Below, piece after piece: positions 40,928 to 48,912 of a stretch of 64,000 bases of DNA; positions within the stretch are counted from its first letter, which is position 1, and each line of letters opens with the position of its first letter. Location: positions 160,001 to 224,000 of the forward strand of contig CAXXIN010000007.1 in the NCBI GenBank assembly GCA_963665275.2, read 5' to 3'. The notes under the pieces were generated by a model. The model worked only from the letters and a program-made list of their open reading frames with translations. It made no database searches and had not been told where the DNA came from. The DNA comes from Negativicutes bacterium (GTDB lineage: Bacteria; Bacillota; Negativicutes; UBA1444). The position numbers and the translations under genes are program-made.

Positions 40928-41641
40928 CTACAGAATTCCCTTTTCTTTGAAACTGATATATTTTCCATCACCCAAAATAACGTGGTCCAATACCGGGATA
41001 TCCAGCAACTTTCCTGCTTCGACCAGTTTCCGGGTCAATTCGATATCTTCAGGGCTCGGCGCCGGATCTCCACTGGGATGATTGTGCGCCAAAATAACGG
41101 AGGCCGCGCTGGCGTTAATCGCTTCCCGGAACAATTCCCGGGGATGCACGATGGAGGCATTCAAACTGCCGACCGAGATAACGGGGGTTTTCAGCACGTG
41201 GTTCTTGGTGGACAGCAACACCGCGAGGAAAGATTCCTTGGTCTCGAAACGGAACCTGGGCATCAGCAAGGCAGCTACATCACCAGGAGCCCTGATCACG
41301 GGCCGTTCCACCGTTGCCAGCGAGGTCACCCGACGCCCGAGTTCAACCGCGGCCAATATCGCGATAGCCTTCGCCTCACCGATCCCCTTGACCTGCTCGA
41401 TTTCTTCCATGGTCACGTTACCGAACCCAGCTAGTCCGCCTTGCCGCTCCAGCAGATTTTCCGCCAGTCGCAATGCCGATTCGGCGGGGTTGCCGGTACG
41501 CAGCAAAATAGCGATCAGTTCGGAGTTCGCCATGGCAGCGGCGCCCCGATCCTTCATTTTTTCGCGCGGCCGCTCGTCTGCCGGAAGTTCTTTGATCATC
41601 AGCGGATGCGACGATCTCTCCACCAGCGCCCGAGCCGTCAC
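40928..41641 (-). CDS. radC: RadC (JAB domain) protein
   Basis: ERPREK, HPRELF, HNHPSGD..PS.ED, LDHVI. Confidence 0.96.
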   Translation of the reverse strand: MTARALVERSSHPLMIKELPADERPREKMKDRGAAAMANSELIAILLRTGNPAESALRLAENLLERQGGLAGFGNVTMEEIEQVKGIGEAKAIAILAAVELGRRVTSLATVERPVIRAPGDVAALLMPRFRFETKESFLAVLLSTKNHVLKTPVISVGSLNASIVHPRELFREAINASAASVILAHNHPSGDPAPSPEDIELTRKLVEAGKLLDIPVLDHVILGDGKYISFKEKGIL

Positions 41642-42213
41642 AATAAGTCCACGCCGACTTCAGACAGTAGTCGCGCCAAGGCATTGAGAGGCAATCCCAC
41701 AACATTGAAATAACAACCGTCTATCTTCTCCACGAACACCGCGCCAATTCCCTGCACGGCATAAGCGCCAGCCTTGTCCAGCGGTTCCCCTGTCGCCACA
41801 TAGCGCTCGATCTGAGCCTCGCTGAAAAGCCCCAGCGTCACCCGGGTTTCCACTGCCGCACAGAGACAGCGCCCTTCTGTGACGATGGCGATCCCCGACC
41901 ATACGCTGTGAGTCCGTCCGGATAGTTCCCGCAGCATTCGGCAGGCTTGTGCGGCGCTGCCTGGTTTGCCAAAAACTTTCCCGTCCAGCACGACCAATGT
42001 GTCAGCACCGATAACGACGTCGGCGGGAGCAACCTGTCGGGCCACGTCCCAGGCCTTGGCCCGCGCGTGCGTCTGAACAAGTTCATCTGGCGGCAACGCA
42101 GCTGAATTGTCTTCTTCCGCCAGGCTCGGCAGAACCTGAAATTCATATCCTACCTGCCGCAACAATTGTTCACGTCGCGGCGAGGCCGATGCCAGAATGA
42201 TTCCCGTAACCAA
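41638..42213 (-). CDS. maf: Maf nucleotide pyrophosphatase
   Basis: ILASASPRR, IGADT, GKP, DKAGAY.VQG, NVVGLP. Confidence 0.96.
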   Translation of the reverse strand: MVTGIILASASPRREQLLRQVGYEFQVLPSLAEEDNSAALPPDELVQTHARAKAWDVARQVAPADVVIGADTLVVLDGKVFGKPGSAAQACRMLRELSGRTHSVWSGIAIVTEGRCLCAAVETRVTLGLFSEAQIERYVATGEPLDKAGAYAVQGIGAVFVEKIDGCYFNVVGLPLNALARLLSEVGVDLL

Positions 42214-42219
42214 AACCTC

Positions 42220-42492
42220 CTAGAAGCGCTGGAACAGAATCATGGCGATCACTACGCCAATGACACTGATGAGATTAGGCTGCAGCGTGAAGCCGAATTT
42301 AATCTGCACGATAAACAGGTTAATACTGGCCGGCGCCATATCAAAGATGGCGTATTTTTTCGTCAAGTAAGGCGCCAAACCTGAAAGCGCAGGAGTGGCG
42401 GCAATCACTTCACCCAGTAGCCCGCCGATAATCGCCCCCGCCAAAAAGTAAAGCAACCAGACAAAAAAGCTCTTCGTTTTGCCTCCCCGCAA
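42220..42492 (-). CDS. Small membrane protein (DUF4321-like)
   Basis: GAIIGGLLGE...INLFIVQIKFGFTL..NLISVIG; usual position upstream of maf. Confidence 0.75.
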   Translation of the reverse strand: MRGGKTKSFFVWLLYFLAGAIIGGLLGEVIAATPALSGLAPYLTKKYAIFDMAPASINLFIVQIKFGFTLQPNLISVIGVVIAMILFQRF

Positions 42493-42634
42493 CCTGTTTC
42501 CCCTCCTACTGTTTCCACCGCATCAATTTTTATATCATATTAACAGTACATTATTCGCTGCGCAACAGAAAAAGTCCTTGCCGCCACAAGGACCTGCTTT
42601 GTTATATTTTACACTATCGCTGGTATAAACAGCA

Positions 42635-42670
42635 AGGAAAAGGCCGGGAGATCTCTCCCGGCCTTTTCCT
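42635..42670 (-). terminator. Intrinsic terminator after carrier copy 1
   Basis: AGGAAAAGGCCGGGAGA..TCTCCCGGCCTTTTCCT inverted repeat. Confidence 0.85.
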
Positions 42671-42709
42671 ATATGGATTCATGGAAAGCTGCGCAACGGA
42701 CTACTGAAA

Positions 42710-44065
42710 TTACAGACCGAGGATACCGAAGAACAGCCAGCAAACGAATGCGCCGACTACGGACATCGACAGGCCCCAGATCAGAAGCTGTCGGAACAGT
42801 TTCGACTTGTCTTCATGCTCACCGGCACAGGCGATGCAGAGCGCGCCGAGTGTCGATAGCGGCGAAGAGTCAACCAAATGGGCGCCGACGTTGATGGAAG
42901 AAATCAGGGCAACCGGATTGCCGCCGCCGATTTCTTTGATCAGACCAGGTACCATCGGCAGGAACATAGGCATAACCACGCCAGAGGAACTGGAATACGC
43001 CGAGATGACACCCGTAATCAATCCAAGCCAGGCATTAACCGTAACCGGGTTGGAAATTGAACCGATGATCTTGACCAGCGCGTTCAGTCCGCCGGCTTTG
43101 TCCATGACTTCAACCAGCACGGTAACACCGCAAACCATCATGATAACGCCCCAAGGCATGACTTTGATGGCTTTTTTGCTGTCGCCGGAGCCGGTCAGCA
43201 TCAGCACGCAGGAGAGCATGAAGGCGACCGAGCCAACATTGGAAAGCATGTTCAAAACCGGTTTGGGAATCGCCGCTTTCATCCCCGGCAAGCCAGGAAT
43301 AACGACGAGAGCGATCAGCAAGCCAACCATAGATAAAGTTAACAGTTGATGTTTGTCAAACGGTTCCGGTTTCGGCGCCAATTCTTCGATATCAATCGTC
43401 GCGCCGCGTTGTTTCTGAATCCAGGCCCAGCCGCCCAGTAAGAAGAAGCCGCCGATGTTGACGATGCCTTGCGCAACTTCCGAGTTGAAGTGAATCTTCC
43501 AGGCCAGTGCGTCCAGCGAGATCTGGCTAATCAGATCCGGCATTTGCGGCGCCATTTTGGCAATGATGCCATTGGAAATAATCCCGGTCGGGGCAAACGG
43601 CGAGAACGCCGCGCCATTAGCTGCGCCGACGACGACCAGCGTCATCAAAAATGCCGGCATGCCGACGCGAGTCGCGATCGCCATCGCTACCGGCGCCATC
43701 AGAGCAGTTCCTGCAATGTTGCCAGGTCCGATGGTGGTGACAAATGTTGTCAAAACAAAAATGATTAAGGGTACAATAGCGGTGTTCCCTTTGCAAATGC
43801 GAACCGAATAAGCGGTTAGTTTTTCCATGGTGCCGTTGGTCTGCGCCATGCCAAACAGGAATGTCACGCCAACCAGAATCATGAACAAACCTGTCGGGAA
43901 TAGCCCCATAACTCTGGCGCCGGTCATGCCGCCCCACATACCGCCAACGATGATTGCGAAGCCGACGGACAGGAAACCGACGTGCAGATCTTCATTTACG
44001 CAACTGATAATAACCACGATTGTCAAGGCTACAATAGACATAATTGCAGCAAGGGAAATATCCAT
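42710..44065 (-). CDS. Dicarboxylate carrier, MatC/SLC13-like IT-superfamily permease (copy 1)
   Basis: ~12 TM; F.ILVGVTFLFGMAQ.NGT (MatC_N-like), GAAFSP, DSSPLSTLGAL. Confidence 0.8.
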   Translation of the reverse strand: MDISLAAIMSIVALTIVVIISCVNEDLHVGFLSVGFAIIVGGMWGGMTGARVMGLFPTGLFMILVGVTFLFGMAQTNGTMEKLTAYSVRICKGNTAIVPLIIFVLTTFVTTIGPGNIAGTALMAPVAMAIATRVGMPAFLMTLVVVGAANGAAFSPFAPTGIISNGIIAKMAPQMPDLISQISLDALAWKIHFNSEVAQGIVNIGGFFLLGGWAWIQKQRGATIDIEELAPKPEPFDKHQLLTLSMVGLLIALVVIPGLPGMKAAIPKPVLNMLSNVGSVAFMLSCVLMLTGSGDSKKAIKVMPWGVIMMVCGVTVLVEVMDKAGGLNALVKIIGSISNPVTVNAWLGLITGVISAYSSSSGVVMPMFLPMVPGLIKEIGGGNPVALISSINVGAHLVDSSPLSTLGALCIACAGEHEDKSKLFRQLLIWGLSMSVVGAFVCWLFFGILGL

Positions 44066-44228
44066 GTACAAAAGCCCTCCTATTTATTGCGCGTTCCGGT
44101 GGAATGAGACAGTTTAATGGGCCAACAAGAATAATACTACAGAAAAAATCGAATCTTTACCCATCCTATGCTGTCTTGACTGGCAGGCCTCCTTTCAATC
44201 ACAAATTAGAACAACAATAAATATACAA

Positions 44229-44242
44229 TGTGGCATACCACA
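44229..44242. promoter_or_regulatory. GntR/FadR-type palindromic operator
   Basis: TGTGG-CATA-CCACA just downstream of a SigH-like promoter. Confidence 0.5.
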
Positions 44243-44252
44243 CAGTTTAAAT

Positions 44253-44279
44253 ATTCTATTTATTTTGCTTAATTCCTTC
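44253..44279 (-). promoter_or_regulatory. SigH-type promoter for carrier copy 1
   Basis: GAAGGAATT-N11-ATAGAAT matches RnAGGAwWW-N11/12-RnnGAAT. Confidence 0.55.
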
Positions 44280-44298
44280 TTTTCAGACTATTTTTAGC

Positions 44299-44331
44299 AA
44301 AAAAATCAGCTCCCCTGAAATCAGGAGAGCT
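44299..44331 (-). terminator. Intrinsic terminator after the hypothetical membrane protein
   Basis: Minus strand AGCTCTCCTGA-TT-TCAGGGGAGCT followed by GATTTTTTT. Confidence 0.7.
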
Positions 44332-44348
44332 TTACGCCAAACAACCCT

Positions 44349-44900
44349 CTATTTATCTTCCATTTCTTTGCCGAGTGCTGCAATCACAACTTGATGTTCC
44401 GGCACTTTCACTTTGCCAGGCAGCTTGGTCGAGAGGAATTCGAGCAGTTGTTCGCTCGGTTTGAAATAGACCCGTTCATTATGCTCCGTTTTGCCGCTGG
44501 GCGATACTTTATAGGCAATAACCCAGACGTCCCGGCCATCAAGCGCCGAGTTCATGCGGTGGGTACGGCGGAACTTCAACACGCTGACCAACGCTGCCTT
44601 GTAAGCATAAATACCAACAAGCTGTCGGTACTCCACTTCAATATTTTTATTGCCAAGTATACCGCGCTTTTTCAGCAGCAAGCGGCGATTATCGGCTTCA
44701 TATTCATAGCTGGGCTGCGCCCGTTCCAGCAGTACAAACAGAATGATCAGCAATGAGCCCATTTCAAACGGCGTTACCGGCATCCCGTGCATCCAGCGTA
44801 CCACGCTGGCAAACAGGAGAAAGAGAAATACCGCCACTGCAATTCCGATGACAATGATATTTTTACGGCTGACAATCGTCTTTTCGACAAATTTACTCAT
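44349..44900 (-). CDS. Hypothetical membrane protein (2 TM plus soluble beta-rich domain)
   Basis: Clean 183-aa ORF with two N-terminal TMs, an AGAGG RBS and a downstream terminator. Confidence 0.7.
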   Translation of the reverse strand: MSKFVEKTIVSRKNIIVIGIAVAVFLFLLFASVVRWMHGMPVTPFEMGSLLIILFVLLERAQPSYEYEADNRRLLLKKRGILGNKNIEVEYRQLVGIYAYKAALVSVLKFRRTHRMNSALDGRDVWVIAYKVSPSGKTEHNERVYFKPSEQLLEFLSTKLPGKVKVPEHQVVIAALGKEMEDK

Positions 44901-45010
44901 ATTGGCCTCTACACCACTTTCTTTGTGTCGAAGTAATGATACTTCGCATTCATAAATTGAATCATTATTTATTCTATCATTTTTTGTTGATGCGGGGCCA
45001 GAGGAAAAAT

Positions 45011-45039
45011 AAAAGCCGGGAGAAAATCTCCCGGCTTTT
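45011..45039 (-). terminator. Intrinsic terminator after carrier copy 2
   Basis: AAAAGCCGGGAGA-AAA-TCTCCCGGCTTTT; homologous to the copy 1 terminator. Confidence 0.85.
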
Positions 45040-45059
45040 GGCCTACTGTTGAAATACGA

Positions 45060-46415
45060 TTAGAAGCCGAGGATGCCGAAGAATACCCAGCAAACAAGAC
45101 CACCAACAACAGACATTGCCAAGCCCCACATCAGAAGCTTGCGGAACAGAACCGCTTTGTCTTCATGATCACCGGCGCAAGCGATACACAGTGCGCCGAG
45201 CGTCGACAACGGTGAGGTATCAACCAAGTGGGCGCCAACGTTGATCGAAGAGATCAGGGCGATCGGATTGCCGCCGCCAACTTCTTTGATCAGACCAGGA
45301 ACCATTGGCAGGAACATCGGCATAACTACGCCGGAAGAACTGGAGTAAGCCGAAATCAAACCAGTAATGAAACCAAGGGTTCCGTTAATGGTAACCGGGT
45401 TGGAAATAGCGCCGATCACTTTGACCAGTGCATTCAGTCCGCCGGCGCGGTCCATAACGTCAACAAGTACCGACACGCCGCAGACCATGATGATAACGGC
45501 CCATGGCTGCGATTTGATCGCTTTTTCGCTGTCGCCGGCGCCGGTCAGCATTAACCAACCGGACAGAATGAACGCAACAGTACCTACGTTGGATACCAGG
45601 TTCAGGAATTGCTTAGGCAAAGCGGCTTTCATTCCAGGCAGTCCGGGAATAACAATCGCCAGGATCAGGATTAAGACAGCTGCCAGCGTTTGCAGCTGAG
45701 CCGAATTAAAAGGTTCAGGTTTGGGAGCCAGTTCGTCGATATCGATTTTGACCTGTCCAGCTTTTTGCATCCAGGCCCAACCACCCATGATAAAGAAACC
45801 GCCGATATTAACAAAGCCTTGGGCAATTGTCGAGTTGAAGTGAATTTTCCAGGCCAGCGCATCGAGCGACATTTGTTTGGTAATTTCCGGTAAATTAGGC
45901 GCCATTTTGGCGATGATGCCGTTGGAAATGATACCGGTAGGAGCAAACGGCGAGAAGGCAGCGCCATTGGAAGCGCCAACAACGAGCAGGGTCATCAGGA
46001 ACGCCGGCATGCCGACGCGGGTCGCAATCGCCATGGCCACAGGCGCCATCAATGCAGTACCGGCAATATTGCCAGGTCCGATGGTGGTAATGAACGTGGT
46101 TAAAATGAACACGATGAACGGAATAACCTTGGTGTTCCCTTTGCACATACGAACGGAATAGGCGGTCAATTTCTCCATCGTCCCGTTAGTCCGTGCAATA
46201 CCAAACAGGAAAGTAACGCCGATCAAAATCATGAACAGGCTGAGCGGGAACGACGCCAAGACTTTGGCGCCGGTCATGCCACCCCAGACGCCGCCAACGA
46301 TGATGGCGAAGCCGATGGCCAGGTAACCAACGTTCAGGTCTTCGTTGACGCAACTGATGATAACGACAGCCAACAGGGCAACAATAGACATAATTGCAGC
46401 TATTGAAATATCCAT
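45060..46415 (-). CDS. Dicarboxylate carrier, MatC/SLC13-like permease (copy 2)
   Basis: Same length as copy 1 (1356 nt from MDIS) with long identical peptide blocks. ATG at 46415 after AAGGAGG. Confidence 0.8.
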   Translation of the reverse strand: MDISIAAIMSIVALLAVVIISCVNEDLNVGYLAIGFAIIVGGVWGGMTGAKVLASFPLSLFMILIGVTFLFGIARTNGTMEKLTAYSVRMCKGNTKVIPFIVFILTTFITTIGPGNIAGTALMAPVAMAIATRVGMPAFLMTLLVVGASNGAAFSPFAPTGIISNGIIAKMAPNLPEITKQMSLDALAWKIHFNSTIAQGFVNIGGFFIMGGWAWMQKAGQVKIDIDELAPKPEPFNSAQLQTLAAVLILILAIVIPGLPGMKAALPKQFLNLVSNVGTVAFILSGWLMLTGAGDSEKAIKSQPWAVIIMVCGVSVLVDVMDRAGGLNALVKVIGAISNPVTINGTLGFITGLISAYSSSSGVVMPMFLPMVPGLIKEVGGGNPIALISSINVGAHLVDTSPLSTLGALCIACAGDHEDKAVLFRKLLMWGLAMSVVGGLVCWVFFGILGF

Positions 46416-46643
46416 GTAGTCAAATCCTCCTTGCAAATTGTTTTTTTTGGCTACCAATCCAATTTGCTGCAAGGGTCCGCCCAATCTCATTCTGTATGCT
46501 TCCGCAAAAAAAGCACTGCCAATTCCGCTTCGGTCACAGGATGTAAGATTGTCTTCTTCCTCGGTGTAAAACCAAATTATCATGGAATGGGCGGAGAGAC
46601 GACCTCTCCGCCGCTAATACTGTTACTAAGCGTACGTTAAATT

Positions 46644-46799
46644 TTAGTCGTCGTCTTCTTCGTCGTTTTCCTCTTCCGCAGGAGCGGGGAAGGTTTTGTG
46701 AAGGAGAGTTGTTGCTCCCATGAACACAAGAATAACAATGAACATTGTGGGCAACGCGATTGCCATCATGGTGAGGGCTTTAACTGTTGCTGGATTCAT
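46644..46799 (-). CDS. Small single-TM OadG/MmdD-related subunit (51 aa; not in ORF track)
   Basis: MNPATVKALTMMAIALPTMFIVILVFMGATTLLHKTFPAPAEEENDEEDDD*; strong RBS GGGGGAGGG directly after the mmdB stop. Confidence 0.75.
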   Translation of the reverse strand: MNPATVKALTMMAIALPTMFIVILVFMGATTLLHKTFPAPAEEENDEEDDD

Positions 46800-46815
46800 A
46801 ATACATCCCTCCCCC

Positions 46816-47973
46816 TTACTTCGCCAGCGCCGGAATCAGGGCAAGGACCAGACCGCCGGCTACGACCGAAGCGACCTGACCGGCCACGTTGACGCCGATC
46901 GCATGTTGGATGATAAAGTTACCCGGATCTTCTTTAAGAGCCATTTTTGCGATAACCCGACCGGACATCGGGAATGCGGAAATACCGCAGGCGCCGATCA
47001 TCGGGTTGATCTTGGTGGAACTGAACATATTCATCAGTTTGGCGAACAACACTCCGCCGGCGGTGTCGAACACGAAGGCAACGGCGCCAAGGCACATGAT
47101 CAACAGCACCTGGATGTTCAGGAATCGTTCGGCTTCCATGGTGCCGCCGATGGTGATACCGAGAACCAAGGTAACCAGATTTGCCAGTTCATTTTCAGCG
47201 CAGGCCGACAGATTTTCGGTTACGCCGGATTCTTTAAGTAGGTTACCGAACATCAGACTGCCAATCAGAGCTACGGAAATCGGAGCCACGATACCGGCAA
47301 TCAGAACGATCATAATCGGGAACAGGAACTTGGTCGTCTGTGACACAGGCACGACGTTTTCGTAACCCATTCTGATTTGACGTTCAGCCTTGGTGGTGAT
47401 CGCATTAATAACTGGAGGCTGAATAACCGGTACCAGGGACATGTAGCAGTAAGCCGCTACCGACAGAGGTCCGAGCAGTTCGACCGCGAACCGGCTGGCC
47501 ACATAAATAGTGGTCGGGCCGTCGGCAGCACCGATGATGCCGATGGAGGCAGCATGCTCGAAACTGAAACCAAGGAACGTCGCGGCCACGGCAGTGGCGA
47601 AGATGCCAAACTGGGCGGCTGCCGCAAACAGCATGACTTTCGGGTTTCTGATCAACGGCGCAAAGTCGCACATCGCGCCGATAGCGATAAAGATAAGAAC
47701 AGGGAACAGTTCATTGCCGATACCGGCATTATAAAGAACAATGAGGAAACCTTCTTCGCCTTTAACCTGAGAAACAGCGGAAGAGTGCGGAATATTGGCA
47801 AGAACCGCGCCGAAACCGATAGGCAGGAGCAGGGCCGGTTCATAGTCTTTGGCTGCTGCCAAATAGATCAGCAGAGCACCGACGCCCCACATCACGACAT
47901 GTTTCCACGAAAGTCCGAGGAAACCCATCAGCAGTTCGTCCAACCAGGGATACTGTTGGATCAAAGCTTCCAT
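46816..47973 (-). CDS. mmdB: Na+-translocating decarboxylase beta subunit
   Basis: YEPALLLPIGFG, AAAQFGIF, IGIIGAADGPT, INPMIGACGISAFPMSGR, NVAGQ. Confidence 0.96.
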   Translation of the reverse strand: MEALIQQYPWLDELLMGFLGLSWKHVVMWGVGALLIYLAAAKDYEPALLLPIGFGAVLANIPHSSAVSQVKGEEGFLIVLYNAGIGNELFPVLIFIAIGAMCDFAPLIRNPKVMLFAAAAQFGIFATAVAATFLGFSFEHAASIGIIGAADGPTTIYVASRFAVELLGPLSVAAYCYMSLVPVIQPPVINAITTKAERQIRMGYENVVPVSQTTKFLFPIMIVLIAGIVAPISVALIGSLMFGNLLKESGVTENLSACAENELANLVTLVLGITIGGTMEAERFLNIQVLLIMCLGAVAFVFDTAGGVLFAKLMNMFSSTKINPMIGACGISAFPMSGRVIAKMALKEDPGNFIIQHAIGVNVAGQVASVVAGGLVLALIPALAK

Positions 47974-48099
47974 AGTCTGTATTTCCCTCCTATTATTATA
48001 CTATGTTGTTTCATGCGTCCGGATGTTCCAGACAGGTTTCGTCTGATCCGGCCTTAAGGAACTATTGCCAAAAAGCCGGACCAGAATCGGAACCATAAC

Positions 48100-48513
48100 T
48101 TAGTTGGCGATGACCGCCATGATTTGGCCAGGTTTCACGCCGTCGCCTTTGTTGACGTTGATGGATTTGATGGTACCGCTGACCGGTGCGCCAATTTCGT
48201 TCTGCATTTTCATAGCTTCGAGAGTCATGATGCATTCGCCTTTGGCGATTTTGTCGCCGGCTTTCTTCATGATCTTGCTGACTTTACCAGGCATCGGAGC
48301 AGCAATCGGTGTGTCGCCGGCGCCGACTTCAGCAGCGGCGGCAGCGGGTGCTGCGGCAGGGGCTGCAACAGGAGCTGCAACAGGAGCTGCAACAGGAGCT
48401 GCGACGGGAGCTGCAACAGGAGCTGCGACGGGAGCTGCCGAAACAACTACGCCTTCTTCTGCAACCTCAACGTTGTAACTGGTTCCATTGACATTGACTT
48501 TGAACTTTCTCAT
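48100..48513 (-). CDS. mmdC: Biotin carboxyl carrier (gamma) subunit
   Basis: V.VNG..YNVEV N-terminus, Ala/Pro linker, APMPG, EAMKM. Confidence 0.96.
   Translation of the reverse strand: MRKFKVNVNGTSYNVEVAEEGVVVSAAPVAAPVAAPVAAPVAAPVAAPVAAPAAAPAAAAAEVGAGDTPIAAPMPGKVSKIMKKAGDKIAKGECIMTLEAMKMQNEIGAPVSGTIKSINVNKGDGVKPGQIMAVIAN
48359..48438. repeat. 12-bp tandem repeat encoding the (PVAA)n linker of MmdC
   Basis: Six copies plus a partial copy of GGAGCTGC(A/G)AC(A/G). Confidence 0.9.
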
Positions 48514-48565
48514 AAAAACATACCTCCGTTAATTTATTATCGGCGTATAAACACCTGTAAAACCC

Positions 48566-48886
48566 TTATGCGGTTTGGCGGGAATCCATCAGTTTTTGAC
48601 GCCCGGATATGGCCCAGACATTGCTTGTGTGCTTAATTTTGACTGCGTGGGCTCCACCGGAGTGGTGAACCACAGCGGCAGTGATCGCAGCCAGCAACTC
48701 GGCACTGATACTGGTATCATCCATCATGTTAATACTGGCCGCAATCGCAGCCACGATTTCGGGATTAATCCCTGCCGACTCTGCGGCGCTGGCTACTGGT
48801 TGAATAACGGGAGCCGGTGCTGCTTGTCTCTTTGGGGCAGGTGCCGGTTTATCGCCACCGCCGAACAGACTATCGAACAAACCCAT
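48566..48886 (-). CDS. MmdD/MmdE-like subunit lacking a TM anchor
   Basis: Between mmdA and mmdC; Pro/Ala linker, two E-(I/L)-(V/L)-AAI-x-A repeats, W-x-x-SGR end motif. Confidence 0.75.
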   Translation of the reverse strand: MGLFDSLFGGGDKPAPAPKRQAAPAPVIQPVASAAESAGINPEIVAAIAASINMMDDTSISAELLAAITAAVVHHSGGAHAVKIKHTSNVWAISGRQKLMDSRQTA

Positions 48887-48912
48887 TGGCTCATCTCCTT
48901 TTTGACAGCGGT

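Noticed and set aside
46500-46525. Sigma-54 promoter (TTGGCA...TTGC)
   Set aside because: GG-to-GC spacing is 13 rather than the required 10.
48359-48438. CRISPR-like or contingency repeat
   Set aside because: In-frame 12-bp coding repeat with no spacers; it is the ordinary Ala/Pro linker of biotin carriers.
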